A DNA stretch of 64,000 nucleotides from Nanobdellota archaeon (GTDB taxonomy: Archaea > Nanobdellota > Nanobdellia > Woesearchaeales > JBHPFW01), in contig JBHPFW010000003.1 in assembly GCA_042571645.1 (NCBI GenBank), positions 24,898-88,897 on the forward strand, in the 5' to 3' direction. The notes beneath the pieces were generated by a model that saw only the letters and a program-made list of their open reading frames with translations, was not told the origin of the DNA and searched no databases. This document shows positions 19,843 to 29,821 of this stretch, one piece after another. Both the position numbers and the translations under genes were made by a program. The number at the start of each line of letters is the position of its first letter. Position 1 is the first letter of the stretch.

Positions 19843-20597
19843 TTTTGGATCAAATAATAAATCTCAAGAAGAGGGAAGTATTATATAAGAAAAACAAGGT
19901 TAAAATAAACAAGGCAAAACTAAAAAAATCAGACAGAGATTTCAGATCTTCAATACTGAAGAAGAGCTTTACCGAGGTAAATCTCATTGCAGAGATAAAA
20001 AACAAATCTCCCTCAGCAGGAAAACTGAGACAGAGATATGAGCCATTGAGAATGGCCAGGGTATATGACAAACTCGCAAACGCAGTTTCTGTAGTGACAG
20101 AAGAAGAATTTTTCGGCGGAAGTCTTGATGACTTGGAGAAAGTAAGAAAAGCAACAAAGCTTCCGATATTGAGAAAGGATTTCATACTCGATGAATATCA
20201 GATTTATGAGTCAAGAAAGTATGGGGCAGATGCTGTTCTTCTTATAGCGAGTCTGCTGTCAAAAAATAAAATCAATTCATTGATTACTCTGGCAGATAAG
20301 TATTGTATGGATGCAATAGTCGAGGTTCACACAAAAAGAGAGCTAATGGAAGTATTGCAGACAAATGCACAAATAATAGGCATAAACAACAGGAATCTAA
20401 GAACAATGAAGATAAACCTAAATACTACTTCCAGATTGGCTCCATTAATACCAAAGAACCGAGTTATAGTCAGCGAATCAGGAATAAGCTCAAAAAAAGA
20501 TGTTGATGAAGTAAGGGATCATGTAGATGCAATACTTGTTGGTACATCATTGCTCAAGGCAAAGGATGTAGCAAAGAAAATAGCAGAATTCAAATAG
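19839..20597 (+). CDS. trpC: indole-3-glycerol phosphate synthase
   Basis: IAEIK..SPS, LRKDF, GINNRNL and SESGI motifs. Confidence 0.96.
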   Translation: MILDQIINLKKREVLYKKNKVKINKAKLKKSDRDFRSSILKKSFTEVNLIAEIKNKSPSAGKLRQRYEPLRMARVYDKLANAVSVVTEEEFFGGSLDDLEKVRKATKLPILRKDFILDEYQIYESRKYGADAVLLIASLLSKNKINSLITLADKYCMDAIVEVHTKRELMEVLQTNAQIIGINNRNLRTMKINLNTTSRLAPLIPKNRVIVSESGISSKKDVDEVRDHVDAILVGTSLLKAKDVAKKIAEFK

Positions 20598-20650
20598 GCA
20601 GATAATTCAAATAGGCGTATTATTGGAGTGAAAAAGAGCGATTGATTCAG

Positions 20651-21280
20651 ATGAGAAGAGTAAAAATCTGCGGAATAACGAACTTAAGTGATGCTAAATT
20701 AGCTGTAAAATTAGGCGCGAACTATTTGGGGTTTATATTTTATAAATCTTCACCGAGGAGAATAACGCCTCAGAAAGCAGACAGTATAATAAAGGAAATA
20801 AAAAACAAAAAACAAAAAGTTGTTGCAGTATTTGTCAACGAAACAAAAGAAAATATAATCAAGATTTCACAAAAGATAAAGCCAGATGTCATACAGCTTC
20901 ATGGGAATGAAACACCGCAATTTTGCAAAGACTTGAAAAAAGAACTCATAAAAATAAAAAAGCCAATAAAACTTATCAAGGCATTTAGAATAAAAAACAA
21001 GGCAACGCTTAAAAAGACAGAAGGATATACCTCTCCTGATTATTACTTATTTGACACTTATAAAAAAGGATCCTTCGGCGGTACAGGAAAAACATTTGAT
21101 TGGAAAATCATTAAGAAAACAAAAAAGCCAATATTCCTCTCTGGCGGGTTAAATCCAAAAAACATTAATAACGCTTTGAAAAAAAGAGTATTTGCTTTAG
21201 ATATAAGTTCAGGTATTGAGAAAAAACCAGGCAAAAAAGATCCAAAGAAATTAAAGGAATTGTTCAACAATTTGAAATAA
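20651..21280 (+). CDS. trpF: phosphoribosylanthranilate isomerase
   Basis: [20 protein letters not shown] and DISSGIE motifs. ATG 20651 used as start. Confidence 0.95.
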   Translation: MRRVKICGITNLSDAKLAVKLGANYLGFIFYKSSPRRITPQKADSIIKEIKNKKQKVVAVFVNETKENIIKISQKIKPDVIQLHGNETPQFCKDLKKELIKIKKPIKLIKAFRIKNKATLKKTEGYTSPDYYLFDTYKKGSFGGTGKTFDWKIIKKTKKPIFLSGGLNPKNINNALKKRVFALDISSGIEKKPGKKDPKKLKELFNNLK

Positions 21281-21281
21281 A

Positions 21282-22463
21282 ATGAAAAAAGGAAGATTTG
21301 GAAAATATGGTGGACAGTATGTGCCAGAAACATTGATGCCGGCTGTGAAAGAATTAGAGGCAGCTTTTAATAAATATAAGGATAGTCCAAGCTTTAATGA
21401 AGAATTAAATATATTGTTTGAACATTATGTTGGCAGAGAAACACCACTAACATTTTGCCCTAACTTGTCAAGGAGACTCGGTTGCAAGCTTTACATCAAG
21501 CGTGAAGACCTTGCTCATTCTGGAGCTCACAAGATAAACAATGCTCTTGGTCAAGCGTTATTGGCTAAGTATATGGGTAAGAAGAAAATTATTGCAGAAA
21601 CAGGAGCAGGTCAGCATGGTGTTGCAACAGCAACAGCCGGTGCAAGATTAGGATTAGATACAAAAATATTCATGGGTACAATAGATATGAAACGTCAGGA
21701 ACTAAATGTCTTCAGAATGAAATTACTTGGTTCAGAAGTTATTCCAGTAGATTCAGGCTCAAAAACACTAAAAGATGCAGTAAATGATGCAATGAGATAT
21801 TGGACAGCAAATGTTAAAGACACATTTTATGTGTTGGGTTCAGTACTTGGTCCGCATCCTTATCCAGAAATGGTTGCACATTTTCAAAGTGTTATTGGAA
21901 AAGAAGCAAGAAAACAAATTATGCAGTTAGAAGGCAGACTGCCAAAAGCAATAATTGCTTGTGTTGGCGGCGGAAGTAATGCAATGGGAATATTTAAGGA
22001 GTTTATTGAAGATAAATCTGTTGAGCTAATAGGTGTTGAAGCAGGAGGCCATGGTATTAAAGGAGGCAAGCACGCTGCAAGATTTGCAGATAAAAAACTT
22101 GGTAGAAAAGGAATACTTCACGGCACACTCACTTATGTTTTGCAAGATAAATATGGGCAGATTTACAACACCCATAGTGTTTCTGCAGGTTTAGACTACA
22201 GTGCAGTTGGCCCAGAACATTCATTTTTACGTGAACTTAAACGAGCTAGTTATAGTTATGCAACAGACAAAGAAGCATTAGATGCATTAAGAGTATTGTC
22301 TGAAGAAGAGGGTGTTATACCTGCTTTGGAATCTGCACATGCTGTTGCATATGCACTAAAGTATGCAAAGAAATGCAAAAAAGATGATATTGTCATAATT
22401 AACTTATCTGGACGAGGAGATAAAGACATGGAAACAATTGCCAAAGAGATGAGGTTCAAGTAA
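21282..22463 (+). CDS. trpB: tryptophan synthase beta chain
   Basis: [22 protein letters not shown] and SGRGDKD motifs. Confidence 0.98.
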   Translation: MKKGRFGKYGGQYVPETLMPAVKELEAAFNKYKDSPSFNEELNILFEHYVGRETPLTFCPNLSRRLGCKLYIKREDLAHSGAHKINNALGQALLAKYMGKKKIIAETGAGQHGVATATAGARLGLDTKIFMGTIDMKRQELNVFRMKLLGSEVIPVDSGSKTLKDAVNDAMRYWTANVKDTFYVLGSVLGPHPYPEMVAHFQSVIGKEARKQIMQLEGRLPKAIIACVGGGSNAMGIFKEFIEDKSVELIGVEAGGHGIKGGKHAARFADKKLGRKGILHGTLTYVLQDKYGQIYNTHSVSAGLDYSAVGPEHSFLRELKRASYSYATDKEALDALRVLSEEEGVIPALESAHAVAYALKYAKKCKKDDIVIINLSGRGDKDMETIAKEMRFK

Positions 22464-22933
22464 TGATTAAAATAAGAAAAGCAAGATTAAAAGATATTCC
22501 TAGTATGTTTCCTTTGTGGTTAGATTTAATGAAACAGCACGAAAAAATCGATCATTTTCATTATGAGCTCGGTAAGGGATCGAAAGAGATTTTTAAAAAA
22601 TGGATAAGGAGTAATATTTACTCAAAAAATGCTCTTTACTTAGTTGCAGAAGATAATAATAAAATTGTTGGATATATTGGAGGAAGAATTGAAAAAAGAC
22701 CTCTTTGCTTTAAAATAAAAGAAAACGGATATGTGCTTGCCGCAGTTGTTTCAAGGAAGTATCAAAACAAAGGAATTGGAAAGAAATTAACAAACGAAAT
22801 GCTTGCATGGTTCAAAACAAAAAAAGTAAAATTTGTAGAATTACACGCTAACTCAAAAAACAAAAAAGGAATACTGGCCTGGAAAAAGATGGGTTTCAAA
22901 GAAAATAAGAAAATAATGGATAAATGGTTGTAG
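22463..22933 (+). CDS. GNAT acetyltransferase inserted between trpB and trpA
   Basis: V..KYQNKGIGKKL acetyl-CoA motif and N..G..AWKKMGF. Confidence 0.88.
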   Translation: MIKIRKARLKDIPSMFPLWLDLMKQHEKIDHFHYELGKGSKEIFKKWIRSNIYSKNALYLVAEDNNKIVGYIGGRIEKRPLCFKIKENGYVLAAVVSRKYQNKGIGKKLTNEMLAWFKTKKVKFVELHANSKNKKGILAWKKMGFKENKKIMDKWL

Positions 22934-22934
22934 A

Positions 22935-23735
22935 ATGAGCAGATACAAAAAAACATTCAAGGAACTTGCAAAGAAAAAGCAAAAAGCTTTCATACCATTC
23001 ACAGTAGTTGGAGATCCAGATTACAAAACCAGCATCGAGATTGTTAAGGCAATGGTTGAAAATGGAGCAGATATTTTGGAGTTAGGTTTTCCTTTTTCTG
23101 ATCCAATAGCAGACGGCCCAACAATACAAGCAGCAGATGTAAGAGCACTAAAAAAGAAAATAAATACTGATGACTGTTTTAAGTTTATTGAGGATGTTAG
23201 AAAATTCACCAAAATACCTATTGGTTTGCTTGTATATTCAAATATAATCTATCAGCGAGGAATTGATAAGTTCTACAAAGATGCAGCTCAGGCCGGGGCA
23301 GATAGCATACTATGCACAGAAGTTCCACCAGAAGAAGCAGAAGAATATATTGCTGCAGCAAAGAAAAACAAGATTGACACAGTATTTATTGCAACAGAAC
23401 TAACATCAAATGAACGTCTTAATGATATTGTCAAAAAAACCACCGGTTTTGTCTATGTTGTGGCAAGATTAGGAGTTACTGGAGCTCAGAAGGAACTTGG
23501 GTCAGCTACTGTAGAAACACTAATGCGTATAAGACCTTTAACTAAGCTACCCTTGTGTGTTGGATTTGGGATATCTGAACCAAAACATGCTAAACAAGTC
23601 ATTAAGGCAGGTGCTGATGGTGTTATTGTTGGAAGTCAAATAGTCAAGATTATAGAGAAAAATTTAAAGAATAAGAACAAAATGATTAAAGAAGTAGGCA
23701 ATTTTGTCAAAAAGATGAAGGAAGCCTGCAAATAA
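22935..23735 (+). CDS. trpA: tryptophan synthase alpha chain
   Basis: ELGFPFSDPIADGPTIQ, GVTG, VGFGIS and DGVIVGS motifs. Confidence 0.97.
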   Translation: MSRYKKTFKELAKKKQKAFIPFTVVGDPDYKTSIEIVKAMVENGADILELGFPFSDPIADGPTIQAADVRALKKKINTDDCFKFIEDVRKFTKIPIGLLVYSNIIYQRGIDKFYKDAAQAGADSILCTEVPPEEAEEYIAAAKKNKIDTVFIATELTSNERLNDIVKKTTGFVYVVARLGVTGAQKELGSATVETLMRIRPLTKLPLCVGFGISEPKHAKQVIKAGADGVIVGSQIVKIIEKNLKNKNKMIKEVGNFVKKMKEACK

Positions 23736-23744
23736 GCAGTATCC

Positions 23745-24884
23745 GTGATTATTATGCCAGAAGATTTCAAAGTAACACCCTGGGAAGTCTCAGGAAATGT
23801 GGATTATAACAAGTTGGTAAAGGACTTTGGTACAGAAATAATAGATGATGCTATGCTGAAACGACTCCAGAAGCACACAGGAGATCTTCACTTCATGCTC
23901 AAACGTAAGGTTTTCTTTTCACACAGAGATATGAAATGGTTGTTAGATGAATATGAGAAGAAGAATCCATTTTATCTTTATACTGGCCGAGGCCCATCTG
24001 GCCATACGCATATTGGACATTTGGTGTCTTGGGTATTTACTAGATGGCTGCAGGAAAAATTCAAATGCAAATTAACATTCCAATTAACAGATGATGAGAA
24101 ATTCTTATTCAAACAAAACTTGAGCTTAGAGCAGGCAAATAAATATGCTTATGAAAATGCTTTGGATTTAGTTGCTTTGGGTTTTAAACCAAAAGACACA
24201 CAATTAATTATTGATACTGAATATGCAAAGACAATGTATCCGCAGGCATTGAGGATTGCAAAAAAAATCACTTTGTCGACGGCAAAAGCTGCTTTTGGTT
24301 TTGGAAATGACTCAAATTTAGGACAAATATTCTACACGAGTATGCAGGCTGTACCTTCATTTTTAGAATCAGTTAAACAAGGCAAGAATGTTCCGTGCTT
24401 AGTTACAATGGCAATTGACCAAGATCCGCATTTCAGGGTTGCAAGGGATGTTATACCAAAACTTGGTTATCACAAACCAGCATTAATGCATTGCAGATTT
24501 TTGCCTGGCTTAGGCGGTCCAGGAAAGATGAGTTCTTCTGCAGAAGATTCTGCGCAATCAACTATTTACACAACTGATGATCCCAAGACAATCAAGAAAA
24601 AAATAAACAAATATGCCTTTTCTGGTGGAAAAGTTACTGTAGAAGAGCATAGAAAACATGGCGGCAATCCAGATATTGATGTAAGCTACCAATGGCTTAA
24701 TATGTTTTTTGAGCCAGATGATGGCAAATTAAAGAGTATTCATGATGATTACAGCTCTGGCAAGATGCTCACAGGAGAACTCAAGCAGATTCTGATTGAG
24801 AAAGTGGAGGCATTTTTGACTAAACATCAAGATGCCAGAGAAAAAGCCAAGGATAAGATTGAGGATTTTATTGTTAGGGATTAA
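23745..24884 (+). CDS. trpS: tryptophanyl-tRNA synthetase (archaeal type)
   Basis: VTPW, YTGRGPS, HIGH, DQDPHFR and KMSSS motifs. Confidence 0.96.
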   Translation: MIIMPEDFKVTPWEVSGNVDYNKLVKDFGTEIIDDAMLKRLQKHTGDLHFMLKRKVFFSHRDMKWLLDEYEKKNPFYLYTGRGPSGHTHIGHLVSWVFTRWLQEKFKCKLTFQLTDDEKFLFKQNLSLEQANKYAYENALDLVALGFKPKDTQLIIDTEYAKTMYPQALRIAKKITLSTAKAAFGFGNDSNLGQIFYTSMQAVPSFLESVKQGKNVPCLVTMAIDQDPHFRVARDVIPKLGYHKPALMHCRFLPGLGGPGKMSSSAEDSAQSTIYTTDDPKTIKKKINKYAFSGGKVTVEEHRKHGGNPDIDVSYQWLNMFFEPDDGKLKSIHDDYSSGKMLTGELKQILIEKVEAFLTKHQDAREKAKDKIEDFIVRD

Positions 24885-24930
24885 TTTAACAGGCTTTTTA
24901 AAGAAAACTATATAAATAAACACAGTTTAA

Positions 24931-25584
24931 ATGCTTAAAAAGGGGTGGTATAGGATGTCAAATAGATTCAGTCCATTATCGAGCAGTTTTATGATATTTG
25001 CCATGATTGGCTTTATAATAACAGCAGTATATACAAATTCTGGGGGATTAGATCCTTCTTGGGGTTTGACATTTCTAATAATATTCACAGTGCTTTTCTT
25101 TGCAAGTATTTTGTCAATGACAAAAGCACCTGTTGAAGCAGAATTAGAGATAGATTATAATAAGAGAAAAAGAGAACAACTTCACAGAGAGCTTTATGGC
25201 GAGGTAGAAGCTGCAGAAAAGCTAATAGAAGCAGCTCATCAGTATAAGCCAGAGATATCTGAAGGCTATCTTGATATTTCAAAACCAGCTAAACGCAGAA
25301 AAAAGAGAAAATCAGCTAAAAAGAAGCCTGCTAAAAAGAAAAAGGCCAAGAAAAAATCTTCAAAAAGAAAGCCAGCAAAAAAGGCTAAAAAAGCAGCTAA
25401 GAAAAAGCCAACTAAGAAGAAGAAAGCCACTAAAAGAAAGGCCAAGAAAAAACCTGCTAAAAAAGCAAAGAAAAAACCTGCTAAGAGAAAACCAGCTAAG
25501 AAAAAAGCCAAAAAGAAATCTGCTAAAAAAACAGGAAAGAAAAAAGCTAAAAAGGCTTCTAAAAGAAGGAAGAAGAGAAGGTAG
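24931..25584 (+). CDS. two-TM membrane protein with histone-H1-like Lys/Ala/Pro tail
   Basis: Two hydrophobic helices followed by about 100 aa of KKKPAKK repeats. Confidence 0.8.
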   Translation: MLKKGWYRMSNRFSPLSSSFMIFAMIGFIITAVYTNSGGLDPSWGLTFLIIFTVLFFASILSMTKAPVEAELEIDYNKRKREQLHRELYGEVEAAEKLIEAAHQYKPEISEGYLDISKPAKRRKKRKSAKKKPAKKKKAKKKSSKRKPAKKAKKAAKKKPTKKKKATKRKAKKKPAKKAKKKPAKRKPAKKKAKKKSAKKTGKKKAKKASKRRKKRR

Positions 25585-25659
25585 TTCTTTCTTTAATTTT
25601 CTTTCTTTTATATATTATTTTCAATAACTTTAAATTGATCTTCTAACTTCCTCATCCCC

Positions 25660-26394
25660 ATGAAACCATTAATATCATTCCAGGATATAACAAAGGCTTT
25701 TGGGCAGAAGGTGATTCTTGAGGATTTCAACCTGGATGTGGATAAAGGGGACTTTATTGGGTTGATAGGTAAGAGTGGTGGTGGAAAAACAACACTTCTG
25801 AGAGTACTTATAGGGTTTTATAATATCAATTTTGGCAGTATAATTCTTAATGACCAAGATATAACAAAGAACAAGAAGATACTGAAGAAAATAGTGGGCT
25901 ATTGCACACAGGAAAACTCCTTTTATCCTCAGTTGACAGTTAATGAAAACTTGGCTTATTATGGCAGAATGTATAATCTTTCAGGCAGGCAGATAAAGCA
26001 TAAATCAAGAGAGTTATTAGAGCTTGTAAAACTTAGTGGTAATGAAGATTCACTTGCAAGCTCATTGTCAGGGGGGATGAAAAGAAGATTAGATTTAGCT
26101 ATATCCCTTATACATGATCCTGAAATACTTGTTTTGGATGAGCCAACTGCTGGGTTAGATCCTGCTTTAAGAGAAAGTATTTGGGGTTTGCTGAGAAAAA
26201 TAAACAAACAGAAAAAGACAATAATCATAGTCTCGCATTTCTTGGATTTAATGGAAAAATACTGCACAAAAATAGCAATTGTGAGTAATGGCAAGATAAA
26301 GAAAATAGGGAGTCCTTCTGCTTTAAAGAAAAAGCACAAAGGCAAATCTCTGGTTCACATTTTTGAACATACTACCAAGGAAGTGGTTGACTGA
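25660..26394 (+). CDS. ABC transporter ATP-binding protein
   Basis: GKSGGGKT, LSGGMKRR and LDEPT motifs. Confidence 0.95.
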   Translation: MKPLISFQDITKAFGQKVILEDFNLDVDKGDFIGLIGKSGGGKTTLLRVLIGFYNINFGSIILNDQDITKNKKILKKIVGYCTQENSFYPQLTVNENLAYYGRMYNLSGRQIKHKSRELLELVKLSGNEDSLASSLSGGMKRRLDLAISLIHDPEILVLDEPTAGLDPALRESIWGLLRKINKQKKTIIIVSHFLDLMEKYCTKIAIVSNGKIKKIGSPSALKKKHKGKSLVHIFEHTTKEVVD

Positions 26395-26406
26395 GGAAGT
26401 AATAGA

Positions 26407-28119
26407 ATGTTAGCAGACATAAAAAGATTGTATTTCAATTTTATAAAAAATATGAGGATAGTTTTTAGGAGCTGGAGTTCTGTGCTTTTGTTAATAGTTG
26501 GGCCTTTATTACTTATACTTTTAGTTGGGTTTGCATTTGGCGGGGAGGATCTTCATGATATTAACATAGGGGTTTATGCAAAGAATTTTGAAAAGATAAG
26601 GCCGATTGCAGAGCAGCTTGGCAGTGGTGAGATCACAGTCAGCAGAGTTAGTTCAGTGGATCAGTGTACAAGTCTCCTTAAAATATCAGCAATGGACTTA
26701 TGTGCAGAGTTTTCAGATGATTTCACAGTAGAGCATGTAGGAAAAAAACCTCCTTCTGGAAAAATAACCTTTTACTTTGACAACACCAAGTATAATCTTG
26801 CTTCTGATCTGAAAGATTATGTTAAAACAAAAACCAGAATGTCATCAGAGCAGATAACTCTTGCATCCACAAAAGCAATCATTTCAGATATTGAAAGCTC
26901 TGTGGAATTCATGAAGGAAGCAGGACTTACAGTAGATGAATTCATGGAAAATGGCAAAAATATGAGACAAGATCTTCTCGAGACAAAGCAAGACCTCATT
27001 GAGTTAAAAGAGGATTTTGATCCAGTATATGCAGAAGCAAAAGATCTCCAGAAAAAAGTAAATGATAATACTATAAAACTAAATGAAAGCGCAGATACTC
27101 TTGTAAATTTGATAGATAAGGTTGTGCCTTTATTGTCCTTGATTAATATAGATGAGAATTCAACTGTCGGAAAAATACTTAATTTGACAGGGTTTAGTGA
27201 AACAGCATTGTTAGCAGAGACCCTGGAGTCCTTAAAGGGATCGATAAGAGAAAATAAGAATGATGTTATGTCATTAACCAGTTCATTTAATGACTTAATG
27301 ATTAAGCTGGATGAAATAAATGAGTTTCTTAACACATCAATTGAGAAAATAGACAAAAATCTTGAAATACTGGATAAAGAATTAGTGGAGATCAATTCAA
27401 TTGCTTTAGCTCTTGATGAGAATATTGACAAATTCTCAGGCTTAAACCAGTCTCAAGCAGATATTCTGCTTAATCCAATCACAACAGAATTTAGAACACT
27501 CCTTCCAAAAGCAGAAAAAATAACAATAATCTTTCCATTGCTGCTTGTATTTGTAATAAGCTTCATAAGCATACTTCTTTCTAATATAATTGTGCAGAAT
27601 GAAACTCATAGTCCTGGTTATTTCAGGAGTTTTTTGATCCCCACAGAAAACATAGTGTTCTTGCTTGGTTTATTCCTGACAAATATGGTCATAGTATGTT
27701 TCCAGATATTTATTCTATTGCTTGTGGCTTATTTTAGCTTTGGTATTGAGATTTTTTCTGTATTTGATTCATTAGGAATCAGCATCATATTGGTAACAAC
27801 AATATTTGTGCTTATAGGGATGATCTTTGGATTCTTAATTAGATCTGAACAAACTTCCACCTTGATGGGCACTTTTTTTGCTCTTGCTTTGTTCTTGTTT
27901 TCAGATATAATTTTTCCATTAGAAATAATGCCAAAACTGGCAGCTTATATAGCATCTTTTAATCCCTTAGTTATAGGTTCAGCACTATTCAGGAGAATAT
28001 TATTCTTCCAACTTCCCCTCGGAGTCCTCTATGATTTAATCTTTACTCTCTTGGTTTATGTACTGGTGCTTTTCTTTTTAGTTATGTTAGCGCAGTGGCA
28101 TAACAGAAAAAAAAGCTAA
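26407..28119 (+). CDS. ABC-2 type permease with large coiled-coil extracellular domain
   Basis: One N-terminal TM, a long helical loop and five C-terminal TMs; adjacent to the ABC ATPase. Confidence 0.85.
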   Translation: MLADIKRLYFNFIKNMRIVFRSWSSVLLLIVGPLLLILLVGFAFGGEDLHDINIGVYAKNFEKIRPIAEQLGSGEITVSRVSSVDQCTSLLKISAMDLCAEFSDDFTVEHVGKKPPSGKITFYFDNTKYNLASDLKDYVKTKTRMSSEQITLASTKAIISDIESSVEFMKEAGLTVDEFMENGKNMRQDLLETKQDLIELKEDFDPVYAEAKDLQKKVNDNTIKLNESADTLVNLIDKVVPLLSLINIDENSTVGKILNLTGFSETALLAETLESLKGSIRENKNDVMSLTSSFNDLMIKLDEINEFLNTSIEKIDKNLEILDKELVEINSIALALDENIDKFSGLNQSQADILLNPITTEFRTLLPKAEKITIIFPLLLVFVISFISILLSNIIVQNETHSPGYFRSFLIPTENIVFLLGLFLTNMVIVCFQIFILLLVAYFSFGIEIFSVFDSLGISIILVTTIFVLIGMIFGFLIRSEQTSTLMGTFFALALFLFSDIIFPLEIMPKLAAYIASFNPLVIGSALFRRILFFQLPLGVLYDLIFTLLVYVLVLFFLVMLAQWHNRKKS

Positions 28120-28487
28120 GCCTTTTTCTTAAAGGCTTTAAGCTGAGTTTTTCTTTTACTAAACTTTTGTTTTGTATTGATGGTAGTTTTCTTGAACAAC
28201 TCATCAAACCTTTCTTTACATTTCTTCTCTTTCCAGAAGACTGCATGAGAGGCTTGTTTCCGAAAGAGATTCATGGCTAAAGAAATAACATCTGTTTGGT
28301 AATTCTTCAAACCCATGTCTTTCATAATTCTCTTTGCATCATTGAGGCATTGCTTGAGAACTCTTTTGTTTTCCTCCATGCAGTCTTTTTCCAGAACAAT
28401 CTCTTCCTCATCAGACAAATTTATTTCCTCCCATCTCGGGTATTGAGATCCTTTGATCTCTCTTGGAAACGTCTTTGCATATACCAT
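28116..28487 (-). CDS. hypothetical protein
   Basis: 123 aa ORF with a GGGGGGT ribosome-binding site. Confidence 0.7.
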   Translation of the reverse strand: MVYAKTFPREIKGSQYPRWEEINLSDEEEIVLEKDCMEENKRVLKQCLNDAKRIMKDMGLKNYQTDVISLAMNLFRKQASHAVFWKEKKCKERFDELFKKTTINTKQKFSKRKTQLKAFKKKA

Positions 28488-28617
28488 ATTTTACCCCCCC
28501 AAACTTTTTATTAAATCCTATGGATATTGTAGTTGGGATAAATTAAAAAGCCTTACGGAAGAATTGGGATAAAAAATAGGGGGATGGTGTAATCAAAAAT
28601 ATAATCAAAAAATAACA

Positions 28618-28751
28618 GTATGTGTATAGCATCTTCAAAACTCTTGATGAGTATGTTGTAAGGATCTGCATCCCCGGATGGGGCGACCCCCCGCGACGAT
28701 CAGGATGCAGAGAATGAAAGGAGTTTTGACCTTATGATGCTATGCACATAC
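28618..28751 (+). ncRNA. unassigned long structured RNA upstream of a cation exchanger
   Basis: Nested stems of 16, 9-11 and 9 bp plus a GGGG/CCCC cap. G-U pairs favour the + strand. Confidence 0.55.
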
Positions 28752-28797
28752 AAAAAATAACAAAATATTTAAGTTAAATTCACGATTTTTATTTAAA

Positions 28798-29793
28798 ATG
28801 GCGGTTTTGATTATTTTACTGTTGCTTATGTTGGCCATTATACTAATCTGGAAAGGCTCAGATTGGATAACAGATTCTTTAGTTCCTGTGGCTAATAGGC
28901 TTGGAACAGGGTATATAGCAATTACAACACTGATGGTTTCATTCTTGTTGAGTATTCCAGAGGTTTTTACAACAGTCTATTCTTACATACTTGGGCATTT
29001 GGATGTTGGCTTGGGTGTAGTTTTGGGTTCAGTGATGATGAATATAGGATTAGTTGCTGGGTTGAGTGCTGCTATTAAGCCTTTGAATGTAGAAAGATCA
29101 GTAGTGGTCAGGGACGGTGTCTTTCTGATTATAATTGCGGTAGTTGTGCTCTTGTTTGGTTCAGATCTTCATTATTCAAGACCTGAGGGAATAGTACTTT
29201 TGCTGTTATATATACCATATGCACTTAATGTTTGGTCTTTTGAAAAATGGCGGCCTCACAAGAGCAAGAAAGAAAAGATCAAGAAGATTAAAGAAAGTTT
29301 AAATTTAATTGGAGAGCTAAAAATATTTAAGTTTAAGCCTTCAGTTCTAACATTCTTTTTGGGTGGAGGAATGTTAATTATAGGTTCATATTTATTTTCA
29401 TTAGCATTAGTTAACTTAAGCAAAATTTTGCCATTGCCTGGAATCTTGGTAGGATTAATATTTGGTGCAATAGGTACAGGCATACCAAATATTGTTGCAG
29501 CAGTACAAGGAACTATAAAGGGATTTGAAGATGTTGCAATAACAGAAACCTTTGGTTCAAATGTATTTACATTGTTAATAGCTTTAGGGGTAATAATTGT
29601 ATTACAACCATTCTCAATTGTAGGCAAACTATTTTATTTTGACATGACCTGGATGATTATAATGCACTTGCTTTTAATTGCATTAATCTTTAAAGGTTAT
29701 AGATATAAGGAAGAATCTCTGACAAGATATGAAGGTGTGGCTCTTGTCTTGTTTTATTTGGTTATTGTTGTAATTAATGTAGTGGTTTTTTAG
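28798..29793 (+). CDS. sodium/calcium exchanger family (YrbG/NCX-like)
   Basis: Two alpha repeats: SIPE..GSVMMN and GTGIPN..GSNVF. Confidence 0.88.
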   Translation: MAVLIILLLLMLAIILIWKGSDWITDSLVPVANRLGTGYIAITTLMVSFLLSIPEVFTTVYSYILGHLDVGLGVVLGSVMMNIGLVAGLSAAIKPLNVERSVVVRDGVFLIIIAVVVLLFGSDLHYSRPEGIVLLLLYIPYALNVWSFEKWRPHKSKKEKIKKIKESLNLIGELKIFKFKPSVLTFFLGGGMLIIGSYLFSLALVNLSKILPLPGILVGLIFGAIGTGIPNIVAAVQGTIKGFEDVAITETFGSNVFTLLIALGVIIVLQPFSIVGKLFYFDMTWMIIMHLLLIALIFKGYRYKEESLTRYEGVALVLFYLVIVVINVVVF

Positions 29794-29821
29794 AATAAGA
29801 GGAGTAATTTGGAGATTATAA

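Noticed and set aside
28640..28725. Hammerhead ribozyme (TGATGA...GAAA)
   Set aside because: The core would need CUGAUGA and a third stem with a cleavage triplet; here the flanks pair directly with each other.
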